From an uncultured cyanobacterium (lineage in GTDB: Bacteria > Cyanobacteriota > Cyanobacteriia > Pseudanabaenales > Pseudanabaenaceae), in NCBI GenBank assembly GCA_963703315.1, contig OY969811.1, forward strand, positions 2,464,001-2,528,000: DNA of 64,000 nt, given 5' to 3'. Positions 1 through 8,277 of the stretch are shown here, in pieces. A program made the translations under genes and the position numbers. The first letter of the stretch is position 1. Each line of letters starts with the position of its first letter. The notes below the pieces were generated by a model. That model worked only from the letters and a program-made list of their open reading frames with translations. It made no database searches and was not told where the DNA came from.

Positions 1-3000
1 CCTGAAACTGATAATAATCATCGGAATCGAGAATGTCATGCTCACGGTTATCTTGATTTTGCAGCACGATTTGCATATTGCCAAGGCGTTGATTAAAGGC
101 TTCAGGAGCCGATTTTCCTTCAGATTTGCTGGTGTAGGCGTAGGCACTCCAATTGATATAGGCACGGGCTAGATCCTGCTCACTCTCCCAGTTTTGCGAC
201 TCGATCAAGCCCTGCAAACCTGCACCATAGGCACTCGGCTTCGAGCCAAATACCCGATAACGCGATCGCTCTTGGGCTTGTTCTAAAGTTAATCCTTCTC
301 TTTGCCATTGTGCGGATTCTGCTTGGACTTTTGCCGCTAAGGGATTCTGATCGGCAGATTCATCAAGATTCGCAACCGCATTCACCGCACTATCAAATAG
401 ATCGATCAAATTTGGGAACGCATCTCGAAAGAATCCCGAAATCCTCAAGGTGACATCGATACGAGGACGACCGAGGATTGATAAAGGCAAAATCTCAAAA
501 TCCACCACTCGCCGCGATACGCCATCCCAAACAGGTTGCACTCCCAGTAAAGCCAGAGCTTCGGCTAGGTCATCACCTCCCGTTCGCATTGTGGAGGTTC
601 CCCAAATAGATAGCCCTAGGGTTTGCGGATATTCGCCATGTTCTTGGGTATAGGTTTCGATCAGCACATCCGCAGCCTTGCGCCCAATATCCCAAGCGGT
701 TTCCGTCGGTACGGCGCGAATATCTACAGAATAGAAATTGCGTCCTGTAGGTAATACTTCAGGTCTGCCCCTTGTCGGCGCACCCGATGCACCACTAGGC
801 ACATATTCGCCATTGAGTCCACGCAGGAGATTGGTGATTTCTTGATTGGTTTTGTAGAGAGATGGTAAAAGGCGATCGCGAATCCATGTTAGTTCTTTTG
901 GGATTGCAAGACCCTCATCCCCCAGCCCCTTCTCCCATGAAGGGAGAAGGGGAGCAAGATTTTTCCTGTCCCCCTCTCCCCCTTTGGGAGAGGGGCTAGG
1001 GGTGAGGGTATCCACCAAATCCGCCGCATATTCCTCTATAACTTCAACGGCATCGCCAATAATCCGACAATTCGCTAAGCGTGGATGCGAACTTGGCGCA
1101 AGCAACTCCCCTAAATCCGCAGTCAAGGGATCAAAATCTAATTGCCAATCCTGCGCGATCGCCCTAGTCAGTCCCAAACGATTAGCCGTAGGATTGCGGG
1201 CGATCGCTACTACTAAATCCCTTAACTGTCTCCCTTCTGGACATTGCCCGAAAATATGCAACCCGTCGCGAATTTGTGCTTCTTTAATTTCGCAGAGATA
1301 ACCATCGGCTGTCGTGAGAATTGTATTCAGCGAATCCTCTAAACGGTCTAAGGAAATCCCTAAATCATGATAGAGATTTTCCTGTTTGATGGTTTCTATG
1401 AGGCGATCGCGAATCATCCCTAAACGCGAAGGATCTAAAGTTTCTGCTTCGTAATATTCATCGATTAAGCCTTCCAATTGCTGCAAACCACCATACAACT
1501 CGGCGCGAGTCATTGGTGGCGTAAGATGATCGAGAATTACTGCTTGCGATCGCCTTTTTGCTTGAGAGCCTTCGCCGGGGTCGTTGACAATAAAGGGATA
1601 GAAATGGGGCATTGCTCCAAAAGCAGCTTCAGGATAGCAATTTTCTGATAGAGCTACACTTTTTCCGGGAAGCCATTCGAGATTGCCATGTTTGCCGATA
1701 TGGGCGATCGCATGGGCGTTAAACTTGTCGCGCACCCAATGATAGAAAGCCATATAGTCATGGGTCGGTTCTAAATCTGGCGCGTGATAATTGAGGGTAG
1801 GATCAAGGTCATAGCCCCGTGATGGCTGAATACCGACAAAAATATTCCCGAATTGAATGCCAGCGATCGCAAATTCTGTTTCACATTTTGGCTGATTCCA
1901 TCTTGACTGAATTCCATTTTGGACAGGTTCAGGCAAATTCTGAAAATAGTTTTGATAATCTTCTAGCGCTAAAGATTGATTAACTTGACGCAATCCAAAG
2001 GATTCGCGATCGTTAGTCACGCCTTTAGTTAACAACTTCATCAGTTCATCGCTAGTTTCAGGAATCTCACCAACGCTATAGCCCGAACTTCGCAAAGCTT
2101 TGAGAATCTCTAAACAACTAGCTGGCGTATCTAAGCCGACTCCATTGGCTAATCTGCCATCACGATTGGGATAGTTAGCGAGGATTAGAGCTATTTTGCG
2201 ATCGCACACCTCTGTATGCTTTAGCTGTATCCATTTAGCCGCCAGATCCGCCACAAAATTAATGCGCGATCGCACAGGTTCATAGGTCAATACTTCCGTT
2301 TGTAAAGCTAGATTCTGTCCCTGCATCGCTTTAAACGAAACAGCCCTCGTGATAATCCTGCCATCGACTTCAGGCAACACCACATTCATCGCCATATCGC
2401 GAGGATTGAGTCCTTGCGTACCATTTGCCCAAGTTTTCTTCAGTCCACCACTAAAAATCACCTGAAAGACTGGCACATTCAAAGCTTCCCATAGATCCAC
2501 TTGTGGTGTATCCGTTTTTAAACTCGCTAAAGAGAAGCTAGTCGTATTTAAAATCACATCGACTTTTTGACCAGATTCAGGTAAGCAATAGCGAATTAAT
2601 TCCGCTTGGACATCAGGTTCTTTTAATGATGAAACATAGATGGGTAAAGGCTCTAAATTGCGATCGCGCAAGGCTTCACATAAAGCAGCGATCGCCGCCG
2701 TATTCCCAGATAAATAATGAGCGCGATAAAAAAGAATCGCCACTCGCTCTCCCGATGGGAGAGGGGGCTGGGGGGTGAGGGTCTCATAAATTCCAATCCG
2801 AGGCACTGGTTGCGGAAGTTTATATTCAGACGCGACATCTAAAAATTCTTTAGCAACAAACTTCAATAGATTTTGATAGTTATTAACTCCCGCTTCGATG
2901 AAATATTGCCAAGCTTGATTTACTAAAGTTAGTGAGGTCGTAGAATGGCTAGTCAAACTAGGATCAGGACGCTCATCCCCCGGTAATACGATTAAGACCG

Positions 3001-3328
3001 CACCATTATTTAGTACAGTTTCCTTAACTACTTCCAATCCATAACTCCAGTAAGACTGCCCTCCAATTAATCTAACAATAATTACTTTTGCTTGCGATAG
3101 AACCTCTTCTGCATAGGTATCGATCGCGATTTGTTGCTGCAATTGCAATACATTCACTACCCTGATTTGTGGGAAATCTTCAGGTAATTGAGCAGTAGCC
3201 GCCGCAAGAGTCTGGATATCCGTATCGGCGGCAGTAATAATCACAATCGGTGCAGGTTGCTGCTCGACAAAAATTACACTGTCGGTGGACTGATTCCAGC
3301 CCCCTGATATGGTAGCGATACGATGCAT
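1..3328 (-). CDS. cobN: Cobaltochelatase subunit CobN (3' end runs off the left edge of the window)
   Basis: Manual translation from ATG at 3328 gives MHRIATISGGWNQSTDSVIFVEQQPAPIVIITAADTDIQ; internal CobN-type motifs VAILFYRAHYLSGN, GKHGNLEWLPGKS, PEVLPTGRNFYSVD. Frame checked across both repeat insertions. Absent from the ORF track, probably because its stop lies outside the window. Confidence 0.93.
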   Translation of the reverse strand, partial: MHRIATISGGWNQSTDSVIFVEQQPAPIVIITAADTDIQTLAAATAQLPEDFPQIRVVNVLQLQQQIAIDTYAEEVLSQAKVIIVRLIGGQSYWSYGLEVVKETVLNNGAVLIVLPGDERPDPSLTSHSTTSLTLVNQAWQYFIEAGVNNYQNLLKFVAKEFLDVASEYKLPQPVPRIGIYETLTPQPPLPSGERVAILFYRAHYLSGNTAAIAALCEALRDRNLEPLPIYVSSLKEPDVQAELIRYCLPESGQKVDVILNTTSFSLASLKTDTPQVDLWEALNVPVFQVIFSGGLKKTWANGTQGLNPRDMAMNVVLPEVDGRIITRAVSFKAMQGQNLALQTEVLTYEPVRSRINFVADLAAKWIQLKHTEVCDRKIALILANYPNRDGRLANGVGLDTPASCLEILKALRSSGYSVGEIPETSDELMKLLTKGVTNDRESFGLRQVNQSLALEDYQNYFQNLPEPVQNGIQSRWNQPKCETEFAIAGIQFGNIFVGIQPSRGYDLDPTLNYHAPDLEPTHDYMAFYHWVRDKFNAHAIAHIGKHGNLEWLPGKSVALSENCYPEAAFGAMPHFYPFIVNDPGEGSQAKRRSQAVILDHLTPPMTRAELYGGLQQLEGLIDEYYEAETLDPSRLGMIRDRLIETIKQENLYHDLGISLDRLEDSLNTILTTADGYLCEIKEAQIRDGLHIFGQCPEGRQLRDLVVAIARNPTANRLGLTRAIAQDWQLDFDPLTADLGELLAPSSHPRLANCRIIGDAVEVIEEYAADLVDTLTPSPSPKGGEGDRKNLAPLLPSWEKGLGDEGLAIPKELTWIRDRLLPSLYKTNQEITNLLRGLNGEYVPSGASGAPTRGRPEVLPTGRNFYSVDIRAVPTETAWDIGRKAADVLIETYTQEHGEYPQTLGLSIWGTSTMRTGGDDLAEALALLGVQPVWDGVSRRVVDFEILPLSILGRPRIDVTLRISGFFRDAFPNLIDLFDSAVNAVANLDESADQNPLAAKVQAESAQWQREGLTLEQAQERSRYRVFGSKPSAYGAGLQGLIESQNWESEQDLARAYINWSAYAYTSKSEGKSAPEAFNQRLGNMQIVLQNQDNREHDILDSDDYYQFQ
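911..1009. repeat. Inverted pair of CCCC/GGGG-rich palindromic repeats inserted in frame in cobN
   Basis: ACCCTCATCCCCCAGCCCCTTCTCCCATGAAGGGAGAAGGGGAGCAAGA (911-959) followed by an inverted related copy (964-1009); reads TLTPSPSPKGGEGDRKNLAPLLPSWEKGLGDEG in the CobN frame. Confidence 0.85.
2743..2782 (-). repeat. Single copy of the same repeat family, in frame in cobN
   Basis: Minus strand ACCCTCACCCCCCAGCCCCCTCTCCCATCGGGAGAGCGAG; encodes TLTPQPPLPSGER just before VAILFYRAHY. Confidence 0.75.
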
Positions 3329-3529
3329 TAGTTATCCAGATATTAGCGATCGGCAGTTATCATTATGTATTAAAGACTCCCTCGAAGCGCGATCGCAGAA
3401 CTTTTAGCATTGTCCGTGCTGTACGGAAATGGCTACGGGAAAGAAGTTAAATGATGAACTTATGACAAAAAGGTGTAAAACCTCCTGTCAAAAAGTAAAC
3501 TAAATCTTCAAGTACTACAGTTTTTTTGT

Positions 3530-4927
3530 ATGAGCCAGCCAACAGCCCCCCAACCTTGGAGTCAGCGTTTCGAGACAGCGCTACATCCTGCGATCGCACT
3601 ATTCAATGCCAGCATTAGTTTTGATATTAATTTAATTGAATACGACATTACTGGATCGCAAGCACACTCACGGATGTTAGCAAAGGTGGGGATCATTAGC
3701 GCCGAAGAAGGGGAATTACTGGTCAATGGGTTAGAGCAGATCCGTCAAGAATATCGTTCTGGCAATTTCAATCCCGGAGTTGATGCTGAGGATGTGCATT
3801 TTGCGGTAGAGCGTCGTCTCACTGAATTAATCGGAGATGTCGGCAAAAAAGTGCATACGGCGCGATCGCGAAATGACCAAGTGGCTACCGATGTGCGTTT
3901 GTATTTGCGTGACCAAATTCGCAAAATTCAAGAGGATCTACGGACTTGGCAAAAAACTTTGGTCACTAAAGCTGAACAGCAAGTCGAGACTTTTATTCCG
4001 GGATATACCCATCTGCAACGCGCCCAGCCGATTAGCCTTGCTCATCATCTCTTGGCATATTTTGAGATGGCGCAACGGGACTGGACAAGACTGGATCAAA
4101 TTTATGAAAGAGTAAATATTTCGCCTCTCGGTTCAGGTGCTTTGGCAGGTACGCCCCACCCGATTGATCGCCATTACAGTGCGGAACTTTTAAATTTTGG
4201 GTCGGTGGGACGCAATAGCCTTGATGGGGTGTCCGATCGCGATTTTGCTGTTGAATTTCTCTGTGCGGCAAGTTTGATCATGGTGCATCTCAGCCGCCTT
4301 TCTGAAGAAGTGATTCTCTGGTCATCACAAGAATTTAGTTTTGTGAAACTCAGCGATCGCGTCAGCACAGGTTCGAGTATCATGCCCCAAAAGAAAAATC
4401 CTGACGTTCCCGAATTGGTACGTGGTAAAACAGGGCGCGTATTTGGACATTTGCAAGGCTTACTGACGATTATCAAGGGCTTACCTCTGGCTTATAACAA
4501 AGATATGCAGGAGGATAAGGAAGGTATCTTTGATGCCGTAGTCACGGTTCGCGCTTGTTTGGAAGCAATGACAATTTTGATTGAAGAAGGAATTGAATTT
4601 CAGCCCAAACGTCTAGCAGAAGCAGTCGCCGAGGACTTCTCGAATGCTACCGATGTTGCTGATTATCTTGCATCTAAAGGCGTTCCTTTCCGTGAGGCAT
4701 ATCAACTAGTTGGAAAGCTGGTAAAAACCTGTACCAGTGAAGGGATTTTACTTAAGGATTTATCAGTTGAACGTTGGAAAACCTTCCATCCTCAATTTGA
4801 GGCAGATATTGTCGAGGCGATCGCCCCTGCCCAAGTCGTTAAGGTGCGTAATAGTTATGGTGGCACTGGTTTTGAGCAAGTCCGAATTCAATTAGAAGCT
4901 GCCAAAAAGCTGATTAATCTAGATTAA
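3530..4927 (+). CDS. argH: Argininosuccinate lyase
   Basis: 465 aa; [21 protein letters not shown] and [12 protein letters not shown] signature motifs. Confidence 0.97.
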   Translation: MSQPTAPQPWSQRFETALHPAIALFNASISFDINLIEYDITGSQAHSRMLAKVGIISAEEGELLVNGLEQIRQEYRSGNFNPGVDAEDVHFAVERRLTELIGDVGKKVHTARSRNDQVATDVRLYLRDQIRKIQEDLRTWQKTLVTKAEQQVETFIPGYTHLQRAQPISLAHHLLAYFEMAQRDWTRLDQIYERVNISPLGSGALAGTPHPIDRHYSAELLNFGSVGRNSLDGVSDRDFAVEFLCAASLIMVHLSRLSEEVILWSSQEFSFVKLSDRVSTGSSIMPQKKNPDVPELVRGKTGRVFGHLQGLLTIIKGLPLAYNKDMQEDKEGIFDAVVTVRACLEAMTILIEEGIEFQPKRLAEAVAEDFSNATDVADYLASKGVPFREAYQLVGKLVKTCTSEGILLKDLSVERWKTFHPQFEADIVEAIAPAQVVKVRNSYGGTGFEQVRIQLEAAKKLINLD

Positions 4928-5491
4928 ATCTATGGGAAAAGATGTATGCGATCGCGTGATCGCATACATCTTCACATCCCAAGGACGTTCTTTTGTGAAC
5001 ACATAATTATGCAAAATCCCTTCAAACTGCATTCCTGACTTCTCTAAAACTCTCACCGAACCTACATTCTCTACTGCACAAAATGCCTGAATTCGGAGCA
5101 ATTGCATCACATGAAAGCCAAAAGCGATCGCTGCCGTAGCTGCCTCAGTCATTAACCCCTGTCCCCAATAATCCCTTGCTATTACATATCCCAATTCTGC
5201 ACGGCGATGGATCGGCGTAGTATGTAAACTGCAAGTTCCAATTAATTTACCGCTCTCTTTCTCAACGATTCCCCACTTCATCCCTTTTCCAGAACGATAG
5301 ATCGCAAAGGCAACGTTGTTTAAATATTCGTAAGTATCTTTTATTGACTGATGTGCATCCCATAATGTGTAATTTGTGACTTGGGGATCGCTGGCATAGG
5401 CAAAGATATCTTCTGCATCCTCAATGGTTATTTTACGAAGAATCAGTCTTGGTGTTTGTAAGGTCAAAAATTGTTCTGGTAAATCTAGCAT
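4919..5491 (-). CDS. GNAT N-acetyltransferase, RimJ/RimL family
   Basis: 190 aa; [47 protein letters not shown]. Confidence 0.9.
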   Translation of the reverse strand: MLDLPEQFLTLQTPRLILRKITIEDAEDIFAYASDPQVTNYTLWDAHQSIKDTYEYLNNVAFAIYRSGKGMKWGIVEKESGKLIGTCSLHTTPIHRRAELGYVIARDYWGQGLMTEAATAAIAFGFHVMQLLRIQAFCAVENVGSVRVLEKSGMQFEGILHNYVFTKERPWDVKMYAITRSHTSFPIDLI

Positions 5492-5637
5492 GGCGATGGT
5501 TCTATAATTTTCTACACAATGCTTTACATTTCACCTAGCATCACAGACTAAATGTAAAGTATTTATTTAGTGATAAACGTTTATAACAAATCCTAATTCC
5601 CATCCCTGAAATATTTAGTAATTAACAAGAAACGACT

Positions 5638-6654
5638 ATGACTATCGCTCCTGTCGCCCCTAGCAAGGTTTTACTCAAAGTTCCTGTTGACTCGAAGACT
5701 CGCGTGAAACAGTTCATGCAAGGCTTGCAAGACAGCATTTGCCAAGGTTTAGAAGAACTAGACGGCAAAGCCAAGTTTAAACAAGATCAGTGGGAACGTC
5801 CTGAAGGCGGTGGCGGGCGATCGCGTGTAATTACCGATGGTGACTATTTTGATAAGGGCGGCGTAAATTTTTCTGAGGTCTATGGCTCTCAGTTACCCCC
5901 CACCATTTTGCGCCATCACCCCGAAGTTGCAGGCGAAACATTCTATGCAACAGGTACTTCGATGGTGTTGCACCCTAAGAATCCTTACGCACCAACAGTG
6001 CATTTAAACTACCGTTATTTTGAAGCAGGTCCAATCTGGTGGTTTGGCGGTGGACTAGACCTCACCCCTTACTATGGATTTGCCGAAGATGCAAAACATT
6101 TGCATACTACTCTGAAAGAAGCTTGCGATCGCCACAATCCTCATTACTATCCTGTTTTCAAGCAATGGTGTGATGATTATTTTTTCCTCAAGCATCGCGG
6201 TGAGACTCGCGGTGTCGGTGGAATTTTCTTTGACTACCAAAATGGTGAAGAAGGACTTTACAAAAATAGTAATGACTCAACAACCGCCCAAGTCATGAGT
6301 GACGAGATCGGTGATGTACCTCGTACTTGGGAAGAGATTTTTGCCTTTGTTAATAGCTGCGGTAACTCTTTCTTGCCAGCCTATACCCCGATCGCCAATC
6401 GTCGCCGCAATATGGAATATGGCGATCGCGAAAAGCAATGGCAACTCTACCGTCGTGGACGCTATGTAGAATTTAACCTCGTCTATGATCGCGGCACAAT
6501 TTTCGGTCTGCAAACCAACGGACGCACCGAATCAATCCTGATGTCTCTACCTCCGCTAGTACGTTGGGACTACGACTATCATCCTGAACCTAATACTCCC
6601 GAAGCTGAACTCAATGAGACTTTCTTAAAGCCTCAAGATTGGGTTAACTGGTAA
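5638..6654 (+). CDS. hemF: Oxygen-dependent coproporphyrinogen III oxidase
   Basis: 338 aa; HPKNPYAPTVHLNYRYF, WWFGGGLDLTP, RRGRYVEFNLVYDRGT. Confidence 0.96.
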   Translation: MTIAPVAPSKVLLKVPVDSKTRVKQFMQGLQDSICQGLEELDGKAKFKQDQWERPEGGGGRSRVITDGDYFDKGGVNFSEVYGSQLPPTILRHHPEVAGETFYATGTSMVLHPKNPYAPTVHLNYRYFEAGPIWWFGGGLDLTPYYGFAEDAKHLHTTLKEACDRHNPHYYPVFKQWCDDYFFLKHRGETRGVGGIFFDYQNGEEGLYKNSNDSTTAQVMSDEIGDVPRTWEEIFAFVNSCGNSFLPAYTPIANRRRNMEYGDREKQWQLYRRGRYVEFNLVYDRGTIFGLQTNGRTESILMSLPPLVRWDYDYHPEPNTPEAELNETFLKPQDWVNW

Positions 6655-6661
6655 GTCTAGT

Positions 6662-6691
6662 AAAAAAGCACCCCGCAAGGGGTGCTTTTTT
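6662..6691. terminator. Bidirectional intrinsic terminator
   Basis: AAAAAAGCACCCC-GCAA-GGGGTGCTTTTTT between convergent hemF and the Uma2 gene. Confidence 0.85.
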
Positions 6692-7433
6692 ATTGGTTGG
6701 GGTCGATGCCTTGCGATCGCAAAATTGCCTCTAATCGATCTGCTCTTTGGTTTGCCTTTTCCTTAGCTAAGCGTTCCTGCTCCTCTGGCAATGGAATAAG
6801 TTCACCATCAGCATTAAAATAGCGCAATTGTCTCTCATGGATACCTAGATACAAATGTAATTGATCACTCCATAGATAGCCATTCTCATTAGGGGCGATC
6901 GCCTGATATAAACCATCAACTAAATGGAATCCAGCAAACTCTAATGTCTCTGGATGAAACCAAAAGTAATTAGGCACGCGCCAAATATCTTGATAGAGTT
7001 GTTTTTTTGCACCGCGATCCACTTTAGCTGTCGAATTAGATAATAATTCAATTACTAAATTTGGATACTTGCCATCCTCATCCCAAACTACCCAACTACG
7101 GCGATCGCGTTTCTCTGTACCCATCACCACGAAGATATCTGGTCCCGCGAAGTTTCGTGACTTGAGTTGCTTTTTGTTGTAATAAACCGTCAAGTTGCCA
7201 GAGATATAAAAGTCGGGGCGATCGCGCCAGAAGTATTCTAAAAGACGAATTAATAGGTCAATCTGGCGGCGGTGAAAGTCTGTTTCCAATTGTGGTTCAT
7301 CACTATATAAATTTGTGGGCAGTAGCTGAATTTCATCAATAACATCATCAATCAACTCTTCCCTGATTTCATTATTGATGGTTGTTTCGCTAACAGATGG
7401 TGGATTGACATTCAGTAGAACCATTGCTAGCAC
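6690..7433 (-). CDS. Uma2 family (DUF820) PD-(D/E)XK endonuclease-like protein
   Basis: SDEPQLETDFH, FAGPDIFVV, PNLVIELLSNSTAKVDRGAKKQLY; C-terminal coiled tail ending LRSQGIDP typical of cyanobacterial Uma2. Exact start uncertain. Confidence 0.9.
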   Translation of the reverse strand: MLAMVLLNVNPPSVSETTINNEIREELIDDVIDEIQLLPTNLYSDEPQLETDFHRRQIDLLIRLLEYFWRDRPDFYISGNLTVYYNKKQLKSRNFAGPDIFVVMGTEKRDRRSWVVWDEDGKYPNLVIELLSNSTAKVDRGAKKQLYQDIWRVPNYFWFHPETLEFAGFHLVDGLYQAIAPNENGYLWSDQLHLYLGIHERQLRYFNADGELIPLPEEQERLAKEKANQRADRLEAILRSQGIDPNQ

Positions 7434-7592
7434 TCCATTACAAAAGTAACTTTAGTATAAGCCTAAATTTCGTTTTTAGGTGCGTATTCAGATTGTGAGT
7501 AGATAAGGTACTTTATTTCGCTTATTGAAAGTAATGATATAAATTAGCGATCGCTATATCAAACAATTATTTAACTACATCTATTTTCAAAG

Positions 7593-7994
7593 CTACCAAA
7601 TTGTCTGAATATTTGATAAGTTTCTGATTTTATGGTCTTTTGTAACTAGAGGCAGACCGAGGTATAGAGAAGTTGCAGCAATAATGCGATCGCCCATTTC
7701 TGGAACAATATCACGCGGAATTTGGGTAAAAGCTTTGGCTACTGGGGTATCTAATGGGACAACAACTAATTTTACAAGTGGATCGTCTATGAGTTGTAAA
7801 AGTTGCTCTAGAGAACTTGTGGGAATCCGATTTTTCTCAACTAAATAATTCATTTCTACAAGAGAAATGGCAGATATAAAAATTGATTCGCCATTGTTTA
7901 AGGCATTATCAAGGGAGGTTAATGCATTTGTTGATAATTTTTCTGGGCTTCGCAGATACCAAATAATTGTGTGGGTGTCAGCTACAACGCTCAT
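7593..7994 (-). CDS. PIN-domain VapC-type toxin
   Basis: 133 aa; VVADTHTIIWYL, SAISLVE, DRIIAATSL, LVTKD acidic PIN motifs; start overlaps the antitoxin stop. Confidence 0.88.
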   Translation of the reverse strand: MSVVADTHTIIWYLRSPEKLSTNALTSLDNALNNGESIFISAISLVEMNYLVEKNRIPTSSLEQLLQLIDDPLVKLVVVPLDTPVAKAFTQIPRDIVPEMGDRIIAATSLYLGLPLVTKDHKIRNLSNIQTIW

Positions 7995-8230
7995 AGTTCA
8001 ATATCCTTGGGGAAGTTTGCCCACATTTCTTTTCTGTTTGTAGAAAGTTCTTCTTCGGTGAGGTTAATATCTGCATTTGCCCATAAGCCTTTGATGCTTT
8101 TACTTGGATTTTTAGGTGTTGTCTTAGCTTGCAAAAATTCGGCAAACTCTAACAGTGCTTGCTGTTTTTCGGTTGGTAGGGTTTTGATGACTGCGATTAA
8201 GGTTTCTTCGATTTTAGGTAATGTTTGCAT
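7991..8230 (-). CDS. Putative antitoxin (DUF2281-like)
   Basis: 79 aa; LPTEKQQALLEFAEFL...KGLWA; 4-bp overlap with the downstream PIN gene. Confidence 0.75.
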   Translation of the reverse strand: MQTLPKIEETLIAVIKTLPTEKQQALLEFAEFLQAKTTPKNPSKSIKGLWANADINLTEEELSTNRKEMWANFPKDIEL

Positions 8231-8277
8231 GATTTTGACTCCATTAGATTGTTAGATGACAACAAAAACAGTTCTCT

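Noticed and set aside
984..1301. 105-aa plus-strand ORF (and 2653-2838 minus)
   Set aside because: Shadow frames of cobN that begin in or cross the repeat insertions.
3329..3529. Cobalamin riboswitch upstream of cobN
   Set aside because: No recognisable B12-box or conserved core could be read by eye.
5522..5559. CTTTACATTT...AAATGTAAAG inverted repeat upstream of hemF
   Set aside because: It could be an operator, but a 10-bp AT-rich match is too weak to assign without comparative data.
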